Shown in pieces: positions 12,677-26,000 of a stretch of 64,000 bases of DNA. The DNA comes from Takakia lepidozioides (taxonomy: Eukaryota; Plantae; Bryophyta), in assembly GCA_030704615.1 (NCBI GenBank), contig CM060732.1, forward strand, positions 20,398,001 to 20,462,000. The letters are read 5' to 3'. A model generated the notes under the pieces. The model was given only the letters and a program-made list of their open reading frames with translations, made no database searches and was not told where the DNA came from. Each line of letters starts with the position of its first letter. Within the stretch, counting starts at the first letter, position 1. A program made the translations under genes and the position numbers.

Positions 12677-13333
12677 CTATCGGTGGGTCGGAAGATTTGC
12701 AGGAGTTCTTGCCGACATAATCAACAACGGATTGGGCTCCAATCGAGCCTGAAAGAAAAGCCACAATGCTTTGGTGAGGTCAACCAAATCCTCCTCATTG
12801 CTTGATTCCTTGAATGTGATTGGGAAGACTCCAGTATTTACTGGGTTTCGGAGTGCCTTTGGATGGGTCATCATCGACCAGTTGAATTTGCCTCTGCCTA
12901 GCAAATTCTTCCCACTAAATTTTACGAGAATCCTCTTAATATCTTTAGAAAGATATTTCATTCCAGGCTTAATATGTCCAGCTGTATCTGTGCAATGCTC
13001 GGCAGACCATATGAAACGAAATTGTTTCATAATTTTCGGAGGAACAAAACACTCCAACATCTTGCATACAGTATCCCTCTCAGAGCAAGACCAAATCGCT
13101 ACATGAAAATGAGTCAATGCAGGTCGAAGAAACTCCAGCACTCCAGGTCTTGGAACCACAAACGGTCTTGCGGGCACCTGAATTGTTACTTTCTTCAAGT
13201 GGAACATCTGTTTAAACAACTCACCTCCAGTAGGAGGCGGCCTGTAGCAAAGAAGTCCATTGACACTCAGTACTAGCAACATACGCTTGTGTTTCCGGAC
13301 ACCACACGTTCTGAACCATCCAAAAGAGCCCAT
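12677..13333 (-). pseudogene. FCP1/NIF-homology (HAD-like, CTD-phosphatase-like) domain 1
   Basis: LLVLSVNGLL...RPGVLEFL...FHVAIWS...FIWSAEHC...KDI...PKALRNPVNTGVFP matches the plant FCP1-homology family; the DxDx(T/V) motif is altered and the frame is disrupted. Confidence 0.8.
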
Positions 13334-14867
13334 TAGTTTCTGTTATCTGACCCAAAAATAAATTATTTTCAGTATATCTTGCAACTCAAAAAATGCTACG
13401 ACATACTTGCGTTTTGTGGTATACCTAGTGTCTATACCCTGACTTCCAAATGTAATATTTTGCGAAGGAGGTCCTGACTCAACATTACGACACCCGATTG
13501 TGACTTGAGACAAACAAACACAATCGGGAGTGTCTGAGTTTCCTGCAACCACGCGCGATCGCACGAGGTTCATTTGTGTCAAGTTGTGTCGACAATGCAA
13601 ATGATATATGTAATGATTACAAGGAAACCAGAAACAATAAAACAGAGGACCAAGTGAAGGAGATACTTATTACCTTTGCTAGATTTACCCTTCGATTCTG
13701 AGGCGGGTTACCACTGGAGGCAGGTGTATGTTGAAGGGATAACAGAACGCCAAATGCTGTTCTTTCATCGTCGGAGACGACCGCCGCTGACTGCTGTGAT
13801 CTTAGACGTTTCCTTGACATAGGACCATCCGGAATTCTGGGGGGGTTGGGGATGTGCAGAAATATTTGTCGGTCTTGTCGGTGTGCTGACCTCAGTCGGC
13901 AAATGAATGAGTTCAATAACCTTCTCGCTGACGGTTGACAATGGAATTCGGTTTCTTTCTTTCTGCACATCCTGAACCAAATTCAAACGGAACAAAAAGA
14001 TTACCTTGGAATACAACCCCACAGAAGTTGCCGTTTTACAGGAAGGTCATACGTTGCAGCTTTTCTGGCCTGTAGTAAAGAAAGAAAATCAGAGGATGAA
14101 CAGAAACACGGTAACAATAAAACGCATGGATGAAATAGAATTAAATCACTTGACTTCTCAGCAGCTGAGCTGTCCAGCCCTCATGATCCGGTGACCCGCT
14201 TGGAATTACGACATGATGAGGAGGCAGTTCAGCGACAGTTGCAACCAATGGAACTTGTTGTTCGGTAAACTCATGTAGATGCCCCATGACGGCGTCTGGT
14301 GGAAAGTGTTGGGATAAGGACGGCTCCAAAGAGGATTCTCCAAGATCTTGAGAGTTGTTTTCCACTATGCAGCCAACCCCAGTTAAATCATCGACCCTGC
14401 TAACGGTGGATTCACCTTTTGATATTCTGAACCTCAAAACAACATCCGAAACACTGATGGGATCACTCTTCATAACAACAATGGATGTCTGATTAGACAA
14501 CAAGTTGTCAGGTCCTTGGAAAGCTTTTGGCCTGATCATTTCTACATCGTCAACAATATCAGACGAACATGTTTCGCTAATTGGAGATGCATTTGTGGCG
14601 TGGAGAACATATTGATATAGGCATACATGCAAATGAAATACATGTCAACAAAGCAATAAATTTGAGTTGGAAGAACGCGTGATCACGCGTGGTTCCGAAA
14701 AGAAATCAACGGACATAAAGGAACAATGAATCCATTGACCGTTGCATATGATTGGCAATATAACAATTTCCATACAATGCATAAGAATATTAGAAGAAGA
14801 CTGAAATTCCATGGTCTTGACAATCAATATTAAGTAGTAAACTGTGTCCACAGTAGGTCGCGAATAT

Positions 14868-15643
14868 TTACTTATCATTTACTCGAAAATCACGATATTG
14901 TGAATTGTCAATATAGTCACGAAGAGGCCTGAACTGTGGATCGTTAACTTTGAAAGGTGGAAAGCCTATTCTCCTTGTTTTCAAGAAGCTCGAAACGTTC
15001 TCAAATTTCAAGAAGCCAAGCAAAAAATCTCTAAGTTTGCGAAGGAAGAAATCGTCGACGTCGATGTTCTCAAAAGACTTGAGAAGAAGACAAGATTCAG
15101 GAAGGTTCAGCAAGCACTTCAAAGCCGTATCATCAATCAGCAGAGTGTTACTCAATTGTAATAACCTTCAGAACTCTGCCATACTTTAAGGAGTGGTTTC
15201 ACGTTGTTCTTGTCCCGGTCGGTAATTTGGGTGCAGATTGCTTGGGCAAATGATACAATCTTCCTGCAACATGATGAACGCCGACCGTGGAAGACACGTA
15301 GGAGAAAATCCAGAATGACATTTAAGTTTTTAAGCATCATGCAGCTCCAGATACCTAAAATGAAGTGCTTGTGTAACTCTTGCCAAACTTCACGGTACAT
15401 CTCCCGTCTAAAGATTTGCCAATACCCAACAATAACAGGAATTCTGTAATCAGATTCCGAAAAACGTGGAACATGGCCTGTGCTCTGGCGTTTCATTATT
15501 TTGCACAACACTCCATTAACGTCAAAAATTATCAAGCAGGGTCCCCTCGCAGGTGGAAATCTAGGCTGTCGGATTTGTGAAGGAATGATAAAGACACTTA
15601 AGTAAATCAAAGCTGAATAGAGTGGAGAAAAGAAAAATCCCAT
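14868..15643 (-). pseudogene. FCP1/NIF-homology domain 2 (frameshifted)
   Basis: LIIFDVNGVL...IFRR...FILGIWS and NTLLIDDTALKCLLNLPESCLLLKSF...DFFLRKLRDFL. Confidence 0.8.
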
Positions 15644-15808
15644 GAACAGATAAGGAACTCAATGACCGCCAAATCCCAGTTCATTCTCAAAATTAGTCAC
15701 TTTAATATTCCATGTTCCAATTCAAGGGCCTCTAGGTACTTTAGATGTGCTTCCCATTCCTCCTTGTTTTTAGGCCATGGAAAGTCCCAGCGATTAATGA
15801 ATTTCACT

Positions 15809-16421
15809 CTAGCATCCTGAAAAGTAGATATCCTTAGGTATACCAAAAGGGTTCTGCTCATTGAAGGCCCAAGTGTCCATTTTTGAATGCCTCAACTTCT
15901 TCAGGTGGGGCTTCAGATGACCCATCAAAAAATCATCCTTGTATGGATCTACAAGTGCTTCGTATTTAGGTAGGAAGATGACCAGGCTCAGAGGATTGAG
16001 GAAAGACTTGTACATGTTCCCCAACGACGTCTATAAGCAAGGTGCTAGACCTGTAGGCTTTAGAGTCGAGGTCTACGAACAAGTCGTAAAGTCGTTTGAA
16101 GTAAATTGGGGCCTTAGGAAGCGTAGGCCAATATGCGTTGAAAGTAAGTCTTTGTTCCACACATTGGTCAGAACTGTAATGCATGACCTTGTGGGCGTTC
16201 CTCCCGAACAATGTTGATTTGAAATCCATGACAATCTCTTCTTTGCAGTGTTCCATAAGATGACCCAAAACTTCTATTCTGGAGGTAGACTTCACATAGG
16301 AACCGGACATCCAGAACCAGGACATAATATCTGGGCTGACATCCATTTGCAGCCAAAGGAAGAGCAAAAAGAAATCCCCGGGATCGACAGCTTGGAAATA
16401 GTCGTGTGATGGATAGATCAT
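15809..16421 (-). pseudogene. FCP1/NIF-homology domain 3 (degenerate; upstream part displaced by LTR insertion)
   Basis: YSSDQC...PIYFKRL...STLLIDV, then after a frameshift YKSFLNPLSLVIFLPKY...DDFLMGHLKPHL, parallel to domains 1 and 2. Confidence 0.6.
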
Positions 16422-16481
16422 ATCATCCTGCCCATTAGGAAATAATTATTAATTCATTGGAAGTTTTTCGTCATGGAAAAC

Positions 16482-16842
16482 TGTAACAGGGTAAAATCTA
16501 GAAGGTTCTAGATGGAGGAGGAAAGTTCCCTAGAAGTTTCCAAAATAACTAGGAAGGTTCCTAGGAAGTTTGACTTGAGGCTCTCAAGTCAAACCTACAA
16601 GATATTTATATTATGGAGAGTAGGTCAAATGTTTGATAAAGTCATATTGTGGAGAATATGTCAAACCTAGGAAGGTTGATTTTAGGAAGTTTTGACTTGA
16701 GGCTCTCAAGTCAAACCTTTAAAATAATCATATTGTGAAGGGTATATAAACATGCAATGAAAGCCTAGAAGACATCGAGTTGTTTTTGGGAAAAAGTTGA
16801 GAAGTACTCCTATTCTAGTTTGTGTAGATCCTGGGTGTTACA
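16482..16842 (+). repeat. 5' LTR of gypsy element 1
   Basis: Direct repeat of 22323-22712, followed by the PBS. Confidence 0.95.
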
Positions 16843-17489
16843 ATGGTATCAGAGTCTAGTCTTTCTTAAAGTTGGGAGTGAATACTCTTTTTATGAGGAT
16901 TCAATTAAGATTTTTTTTTAAGAGATTTTTGTTGTTAATATTTTTAAGTGTTGAATAGATAGTAGTGATGGTGCGTCATAACGATAGTATAAAAATTTTT
17001 ATGGACTTAAATCAACCTCATTTCCGTGATTTTCCTTTAGAGTGTGAGTTTAAAATTATATGTCGTCAAGCAGAAATTAGAGATATGATAGTGCAAAGAT
17101 TTGGAGAGGGACAATATCAAGAAGTGTTACAAAACCCACGACTTGTCGTCTTTCCTATAATTAGAAATTGGAAGGTACATATATGTGTAGATACATAGTT
17201 CATGGATCGAGGTAGATATTTTCCGCCTAATTTTCTACCATCAAATGTATTTAGTATCAATGTGCGCGCCATCGACAAACATCATCTTGTAAGATTTTGA
17301 GTTGCTGAATTTGGAGGAGAATTCATGAACTTTGTCATGAGTTCAAACGTCCATTTTGTATTAACAATAGTCACGTACGGGATGGTTTGGGATTGCACTA
17401 TTTACATACTATATTAGAATAAGAGAATAGAGATAATATACATTAATATTAGAAGACAAACACCACAAAAGAACGAGTAGTAGAGCAAG

Positions 17490-20400
17490 ATGGCGGACAA
17501 TGAAGAAATGGTGAACAACGCACACACTACTCATCAAGCCAATGATCAGACGGTGTGGATAATGGAGCGCTTACACGAATTGCAGAATGCTCTTGTCACG
17601 ACCCAACAACAAAACAACGTGTTGATGGAGAAGCTTAAACAAGTGAGACAATCAACCGCCCCGGGACTGGTTGCTGGTGGGTCGGATACGTTACTGCAAA
17701 AGATGACTAAGACGTGCAAGGTCGAGCCGTATAAAGGAAGTCGCGTCATGGGAGTGCTAGAATGATGGATTTATCGAATAGAGGTACATCTGTCATATTT
17801 CCCTACATCAAGCGATTTGGACCACGGAATGTTCATACGATCTTTTCTACTCGACAATGTTTCAACATGGTTACAGACATGCGAGAGAAGACAGATTGCA
17901 AAAAGAGAACATTTACTATGGAGCACCTTAAAAGCGGGACTGCTCCAACAATTCAAGCAGTAGATGTTGTTACAACTGCTCGAATGAAATTATGGAATTT
18001 GGAACAACGCGAGAGTGTACAAAATTATATTGAAGATTTTTTGAATCTTTAGGTCCAAATCGAAAACATGAGTCCTGCAGAAGCTTTAGACAACTTCAAA
18101 AGAGGATTGAAGAAGAAAATTCAATGAGAGGTAATTTTACGCAACCCGATTGATGTCCACGAAGCAATTTCATTGGCCCAAAAGATTGAAGGGACGCTAT
18201 CAAGATAAGGCGAAGGTATACACGTTCCATTGAACCAGTACGGACCAACGCCTATGGAGCTTGAAAATCTTCGAAGGCGGGATAACTTCCAATACTCTCA
18301 AAGAAATAGACCGAGAATCAGATATGGGGAAGATAACACACAACGACAAATGAAATTGAATGACAAAGATGTGACCTCCTCAACATTCTCACGAACAGAA
18401 GGACAAAGGAAAACTAGACAATGTTACAACTGTGGAAAATACAGACATCTTGCGGCCAACTGCCGAAGTGGAAGGTACAATCGACAAACTTATCGAAGAC
18501 CTCTTAACAGTTTAAGGAGAGGAGAAGATAACGAATATCACAATGAGCAGGAAAATGAGGACAACCAGTAAGTAGACCTCACAGTCTTATTGGTTCTACA
18601 AAGAAGAGGAAAGGCGAGGGGCCCTACAAGAAGAAGAGACAAATCAATCATGCGGGCAAGAAAGAAACGTAGTTAATTGTGGCAGATGGAACCTTGGAAG
18701 CTATTCATGTGAGAGTATTGATAGACCCTGGGGCAATAGAAAACTTCTTATCTAGAAATGCTGCCTTGAAACTAGGACTTCCCTTAGAAAAAGATGAAAG
18801 AGATGAAGTAGAAATGCCAAATAGACATACAGAGGCCATTGAGACACTACCTAAAAGCATAGAGTTGTCGATCGGTAAATATAGAGAAACCTTAAAATGA
18901 CAAGTGGTTATACTGGCTCGATATGACGTAATATTAGGCATGCCTTGGATGGAATCTCACAACCCTGATGTTGATTGGCGTCGAAAGATAGTCAAAATCC
19001 AGAATTGAAAAATATGGGGAGATCGAGTGAGGACACCATATTGAAACCTACCATCATTTGTTATAGGTACCAGCTATATGTAAGAAAGACGTATTATTTG
19101 TAGGTTTAATAAGAGACGTGGAAAATCCAAAAAAAGACACGAGTGAGGTCCCTATAGAATTACAGAGTGTATTGAAAGAGTTCAAAGATGTTTTTCCAGA
19201 TGACCTACCAGCACGGCTTCCGCCAAAGAGAAGAGTAGATCATAAGATTGAGGTTGTTCCAAGTAGTACTCCTTCTTGTAAAGTCCCTTATCGATTAGCA
19301 CCAAACGAGTTGGAAGAATCTACTATCAAAGGGCTTTATAAAACCAAGTGTATCTCCATATGGAGCGCTGATGTTGTTTGTGAAGAAAAAAGATGGAGCA
19401 AGGCGCATGTGCATTGATTATCGAGCACTCAACCAGCAGACAATGAAGAACAAGTACCCGTTACCACGCATGGACGATCTATTTGACCAACTGCGAGGAG
19501 CAAAATACTTTACGAAGCTTGATTTGAGGAGTGGATACAATCAAATTCAAGTCGCTGATGAAGATGTATATAAGACCGCTTTCCGCACTAAGTATGGACA
19601 TTTTGAATACATGGTTATGCCATTTGGTTTCACCAATGCCCCAGCCACATTCGTGGGTCTCATGAATGATATCTTCCGCCCATTCTTAGATAGATTTGTG
19701 ATAGTCTTTTTAGATGATATTTTGATCTATAGTAACAGCCTTGTCGAGCATAGAAACCACCTCAAACAAGTATTACAAGTTTTCCGTGTGAATCAGCTAT
19801 ATGCCAAAGCATTTAAATGTGAGTTTGAAAAATAAGAAGTAGATTATCTTGGGCCTCGCGTGAGTAGGAAGGGAATTGAGGTAATGAGTGAGAAAATAGA
19901 AGCTATTCAGTAGTGGATAGCCCCTGAAGACATTACCCAATTAAGAAGTTTTCTTGGCCTTACCGGATTCTACAGACGATTTGTACGGGCACTCTCAAAG
20001 ATTGCCCAACCATTGACAAATATTTTGGGCAAAGGAATTAAATGGAAGTGGGGTACAGAAGAGGAGTTAGCATTTCAGGCCTTGAATAATGCGTTGCTTC
20101 ATGCCTCGATCTTGAAATGGTATGATGTGACAAGACTAATCAAGCTCTCGGTAGATGCGTCAGGCTCAGCAGTGGGTGGGGTGTTACAACAAGAATGTAG
20201 ACGGATGACAACCAGTGGCATATTTTTCTCGCAAATTGTTATCCGCGGAATAAAATTATCATACAACCAAACGAGAATAATTGGTTATTGTTTTGGGTAC
20301 AAAACATTGGAAGCACTATCTTGGAGACAAAGAGTTCATAGTGGAGACAGACCATAAACCGTTGGTATACTTGGGGACACAGAAAGATCTATCGAAGAGA

Positions 20401-21785
20401 CAGATTCGTTGGGCGGAGTGACGACAACAATTTAAAATGAAGATCGTCTATGTGGAGGGAAAACGACAATTGGCGGATGCAATGACAAGGATGTCGCGTA
20501 TGAACACATTGACATAAATCAACATTCAACCCAATTGGTGGAACAAGATAGCGACGACTTCTAAAGATGATGGGGAGATCGTGGACGCTAAGAAGAAGGG
20601 CAAAGTGACAGAAGTTCGAGGGTAAGTATTCAAGGAAGGTAAACTTTGGATCCCTGATGAACCTGCATTGAAGACAGAAGTCTTGTTTGAAGCTCATGAT
20701 ACGGCGATAGCACGACATGTTGGAGTTGAAAAAACATTCGAACAACTAAAACGAACATTTTATTGGCCACGGATGCGAGACGAGGTATAGGCGTACGTTC
20801 GAAGTTGCATGAAATGTCAACAAAATAAATCAACAAACCGCAAGCCAGCAGGTCTTTTACAACCACCACCAATACCAAACAGACGTTGGGAACATATGAG
20901 CATGGTTTTAGTTTGTGAGTTACCTCAAACCTCATCGGGATAGGCAAATTGAGTAAGATGATACACATCCGTCCCACTAGAAAATCCGTCATTGTACCCG
21001 AACTAGCTCGACTATATCTGGAAGCGGTCTATTCCCATCATGGGCTATCTAAAGTTCTCGTTACTGACAGGGGTACCCAATTTATTAGCTTGTCTTTTTA
21101 AAACCAAATTAGCTGTGTCAACAGCCTATCATCCGGAGTCAGATGGACAGACAGAGCGAGCAAATCATACAATTGAAGAAATGTTGCGGGCCTTTACGTT
21201 AGAAGAACAAGAAAAGTGGGATTGGTTATTACCATTGGTAGAATTTTCATACAATAACTCGGTCAACGCGTCAACGAAAGAAACTCATTTCTTTTTAATG
21301 TATGGCGAACATCCAAATGTGCCAACAACTCTTACAAAGTTCAAGTTACCAAATGAGAAGTTATCCAAGGTAGCCGCGACTAACACATTTGTGCAACAAA
21401 TTTGACGGGGAGTACGTCAAGCTAAAGAGAAGCTGATGGTTGCCCAAACTCGCCAAAAGCAGTATGCAAATGCACGGACGGGATGAGGAGTTTGCAGTTC
21501 GGGATCAATGTGGTTTGGAGCAGTAACATACAAGCTGGAGTTACCACCACATATGAAGATCCACCCGGTGTTTCACGTTTTTCTACTACGTCGTTACGAA
21601 TCTCGACCATCAATATTCAAAGATAATCAAGAACCACAAACTTTACCAGAGTTGATAGATGGAAATGAAGAGTGGGAGGTCGAACCGTGTTATGAAAAAA
21701 TGCACATACAAACGAAGACGACATGAGGTGTTGGAGTATTTGGTTTTATGGAAAGGATTTCCATTATATGACACGTCTTGGCCTT
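17490..21785 (+). pseudogene. gag-pol of gypsy element 1 (with chromodomain)
   Basis: GPTPMEL, CYNCGKYRHLAANC zinc knuckle, LIDPGA protease, [10 protein letters not shown] / [25 protein letters not shown] integrase, EYLVLWKGFP chromodomain; many stops. Confidence 0.95.
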
Positions 21786-22322
21786 CACGTTTTTTTCTTT
21801 TTTTCATCCTTTACTTTTTCTCGGTTAGTGACAAATACCTCATAGCGCTGCATGCTTGCATAAATGTTCTGCACAGCACGATCTGACATCCGTGCAGCTT
21901 GTTGTAGTCGATATAATGCATGTTCTTTCTGAACCTCTTCTGATGCCAAAGTTCTCACCCACATGATCCACTCCGTCCATCTCTCTTCACGTGGCACGAA
22001 CCTTTTGATGTCTACTACCCTAGCCAGCCGATTTGCAGTCGCCCTTGCGGTATCACGTTCCTTAATGAGATTTTCCACAACAATTGTTGTGTCGGATTAA
22101 ATAGTTGTTCCCGAACACTCACCCCTCACCACCATAGGCTCATTGCCTTTTGTCCTCTGTTCACATTCAAGCCTTGCATCTTGTGCAACAGCAAATGACG
22201 ACCGGGGCAGGCTAGGAATATCATATGGGAACCGGTGCAAAATCTCGCAAATGTTCAATTGACAATTCAAGCTTTTGAAAATTCGAACAACGAGGACGTT
22301 GCTTCTTGAAAGAGGGGAGGAT

Positions 22323-22712
22323 TGTAACAGGGTAGAATCTAGAAGATTCTAGATGGAGGAGGAAAGTTCCCCATAAGTTTCCAAAATAACTAGGAAGGTT
22401 CCTAGGAAGTTTGACTTAAGGAAGTTTGACTTAAGGAAGTTTGACTTGAGGCTCTCAAGTCAAAACCTATAAGATATTTATATTATGGAGAGTAGGTCAA
22501 ATGTTTGATAAAGTCATATTGTGGAAAATATGTCAAACCTAGAAAGGTTGACTTTAGGAAGTTTTGACTTGAGGCTCTCAAGTCAAACCTTTAAAATAAT
22601 CATATTGTGAAGGGTATATAAAATGCAATGAAAACCTAAAATGCATCGAGTTGTTTTGGGAAAAAGTTGAGAAGTACTTCTATTCTAGTTTGTGTAGATC
22701 TTGGGTCTTACA
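22323..22712 (+). repeat. 3' LTR of gypsy element 1
   Basis: Direct repeat of 16482-16842 with extra GGAAGTTTGACTTAA units; preceded by the PPT. Confidence 0.95.
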
Positions 22713-23063
22713 AAAGCAGGAAGAAAATCAGAAGGCGGAGAATGAAGTATCAGCTTTGGCGGCACTTGCTCCAAGCCGGATGAGGTTTCGCCGCCATCTC
22801 CCCCGACGACGGGTCTTTCGCCGTCCGATATGTTTTTCTCAACCCCTCCCATAAGTAACCTCGCGCGACACCCGCAGTTTCTGAAGCTGTCACCTTGGAC
22901 GACGATATCCTCACTCTCAAGTCGTATTGTTTCTTCATTGTACATTGTTGTGTGTCGTTTGTTCTGTTATATTCATGAGACTATCACAAAGCAATAGGTT
23001 ATTAGTTTCATTTTTAAAAGATTCTGATGTTATATCAACTTTGAAATTTTTGTTTTACAAGTG

Positions 23064-26000
23064 TCAGGACAACTCATAATCAGCAATACTCACGTTAACA
23101 ATATTTTTATCGCCGACCAATGCCCTAGATGGCTGACCATCGACAATGTCTCTAACCCGTTGGCTTAAACCTTGATATGGTGACATTGGTAATGGCATAT
23201 CCCCCTCCACACGCCTGAATCCCACCCTTGAGTCTATTTCTGAAATTTCCTTAGCAAAGACGTCTCTAGAATCAGCGTTATCGTGTACATTGTCTCCCCC
23301 CACTTCTTCAGTGGAGGAAGACAGTACAGTTGTCTCGGGATTGTCTCCTTCACCGGTATTTGGCAGGGCATGTGGATGGTGGCATTCTTCGGGTAATACC
23401 CTCCCTGCTTGTTCAGCTGGTGGATTTCTCCCATACTCAATTTGTTCTGTCTCCTCTTGCAAGAAATTGTTGACGACATCATCGTGTTGGTAATCGTCTT
23501 TGTCTTCCTCACCCCCCTCAAGTTCTTCATTTTTGTCCAACGTTTTGTTTCCGTCACTTTCTTCCTGGTTTTCCTCTGTCTCCAGATCTCTTTGTTCGTC
23601 ATCTTCATCTTCATTGTCATCGTCATCGTCATTTCCTTCGCCATTGTGCCTGTGGGTCTCATGCCCTCCCCCTGTGTCATCACCAACCTCGGTTCCTTCG
23701 CCATTCTCCGTGTGGAGAAGTGTGAAGTTTGCGGCAACCTTATTCGCGCATAATTTCTTTTTCAGGTTGTGGTTTATATCAAGTACTCGAACGTTCCTAG
23801 CCTACAAAAGATGCCAATAGTGAGTAAAAAGGATGAACGAGTGATCGCACGAGGTTCCAAAGTTATGTTTCGGAAATGGAAATGGAAAAAGAAATCGAAC
23901 TGGAAATGGAAATGGAAATGCTTACGTGGAGAGCCGACGCTAGAATTACTCCTCCAAAGAGATTGACAGCCGCCCATTCCTTCGCCACAGAACAAGGACG
24001 CAATGTAGTCGCTTGCTTCTGCCCGCAATTCGTGTTCATAAGCGGCACATTCTTTCTCGAGTTCCATGAGCTCAGTATCCGGAGCCTTAATCACTGGTTT
24101 AATAGGGTTGAATATCAAGACTCCCTGCAGGTGCTCCTCGTGGGCAGCTGTTGCAGGAAATACGTAATCAAGGCACATGAGTGGCCTTGAAAATGACTTT
24201 GGCCGGCTCTTGTAAGGATTGTCAAACTCTCCATGAAGATACAACCCTTGAAGTAGAATATACTTGTTCCGACCCTCGCCAAACCTTATGTACGAAACCA
24301 GATTGGAAGAGGACCTCTGCGTCGAGAAGAAGACAAATGCATTAGGGCTCAGTTGTTGTTCGAAGAATGCATCGAAAATACTCTTGTAATTTCTTTGCAT
24401 GAAAACAACTGAGTCATCGTCACAGACTGTGTTGACAAATACCATTGCGATGTTATCAAAATCCCTCTTTCTCACAATTTTCAACTGAGTTTTGGCGTCC
24501 GTGAACCTCCGCTTCCCTCCTATGCATTGGTAATGTGACTTGAAGGTATCATTGAGGTTGCCCATTTCCTTCTCCATGTCTTCAACCCTTTTCTTGCATG
24601 AAAGCACGTATTTAATGAAAGCGTCACTCACTTTCTCGGTCATCATATTCATATTCACTTTGATTTTCATGTATTTGGCCCCTAGTTTCGATCGGAATGT
24701 CTCGAACTCCGACTTGTTGAACTTGTACATTTTCTTCACTTCGAGCCATTGTTTTTGTGTACGGCTCTGGATGCTGCTTGCTCCTGGGTCAATGCACGCT
24801 AGAGTGATATCATTTTGCGAAATTTTTGTATTTTTTTTGCATATTTTTTTGTATACTTTTTGCTCACATTTACTTTTATTTTAACTTTTTCTTATACTTT
24901 TTGATACTTTTGAGGTCTTAAAACATATGCTTTAGAATAGGCTACACCTTATGCACTTGAAATTATTGAATTTGAGTATGTATTCATCAACTAAAGTATC
25001 ATGTCCATTTTGGCTTTTTTTTTAGTGAAAATTTCAAGATCGGGCAGCCATAATTCCTAGAATACACATTAGATGGTCCTGAAAATTTTACACTGGTTTT
25101 GTAGGTAGGTGATCTAATACTGTACCAAGTTTCAAGCTCAACAGACCAAATTTGTAAATTTGACCTAAATTGAAGGTCTCATATTCATGGGGCGGACATC
25201 GCTACAGCTTTGCATAAAAGTATCCAAAATTCATACATGGTACAACCTATCTCAAATATACTTTGTGAAAGAGATTCCCTACATTCTCCTCTTTCCAGAA
25301 AGTATACATATGATGTATAAAAATGTAAGGGTTGCAAGTGTCCATAGCGCGAAGTTGGTATACTGGCAAAATTTCACTAAGTGGACAAAACTTTTTGAGC
25401 CACTCTAGCATGCAATGACCCTCCTGGCATCAAATCCCAATACCACCATGACATCATCAATGATAAACCGCCTGTCCTTTATTCGATCGATGTAATCGAA
25501 CAGGCAGAGAATCTTAGGGTCTTTTCCCTTGTAAGGACCACGAACACAGATCTTCAAGTCCAAAATCTTCTGTGCAACCTTCTTCATTTGGAGGGGATTC
25601 AATCCTTGGAGTTTGCAGACTACAGATTTTGTCAGCTGCGATTGTACACCCTTGTGCTTCTTTCCGTTAATGTCCAGGAGGTTTCTCTTCTCCCACTCTC
25701 TGAAAACCTCCTGCCACTTCTCCCAAACATCGTCATCGCAAAGGACCAAAGTCATGGCCTCCTTAACGCTAAGCATCTCCAATATAAGTTGTGAGGCTTG
25801 CAAAAATTCCTGGTCAACAGGAAGAGCATGTCAGGCCAACACACAACGGGTACACGCAATTCTGGTGAATGTACAACGGGATATTAAACAAAAATGGAAG
25901 TCCGAATGATTACCTTCCACTGAACGGTTTCAGATTTGGAAACGTTATCGTTGAATTTCCTGGGCTTCCCTCTCAACTAAGAGTACATCCTGGCGTGAGC

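Larger units (their letters stand above)
16482..22712 (+). mobile_element. Full-length decayed Ty3/gypsy chromovirus LTR retrotransposon
   Basis: LTRs 16482-16842 and 22323-22712 (TG...CA); PBS TGGTATCAGAG 16844-16854 (tRNA-iMet); PPT ~22308-22320; TSD AAAAC/AAAGC; gag-PR-RT-RH-INT-chromodomain order. Confidence 0.95.

Noticed and set aside
23859-23920. ORFs with MEMEME/WKWKW or SISISI repeats
   Set aside because: A GAAATG microsatellite inside the predicted intron 23802-23925
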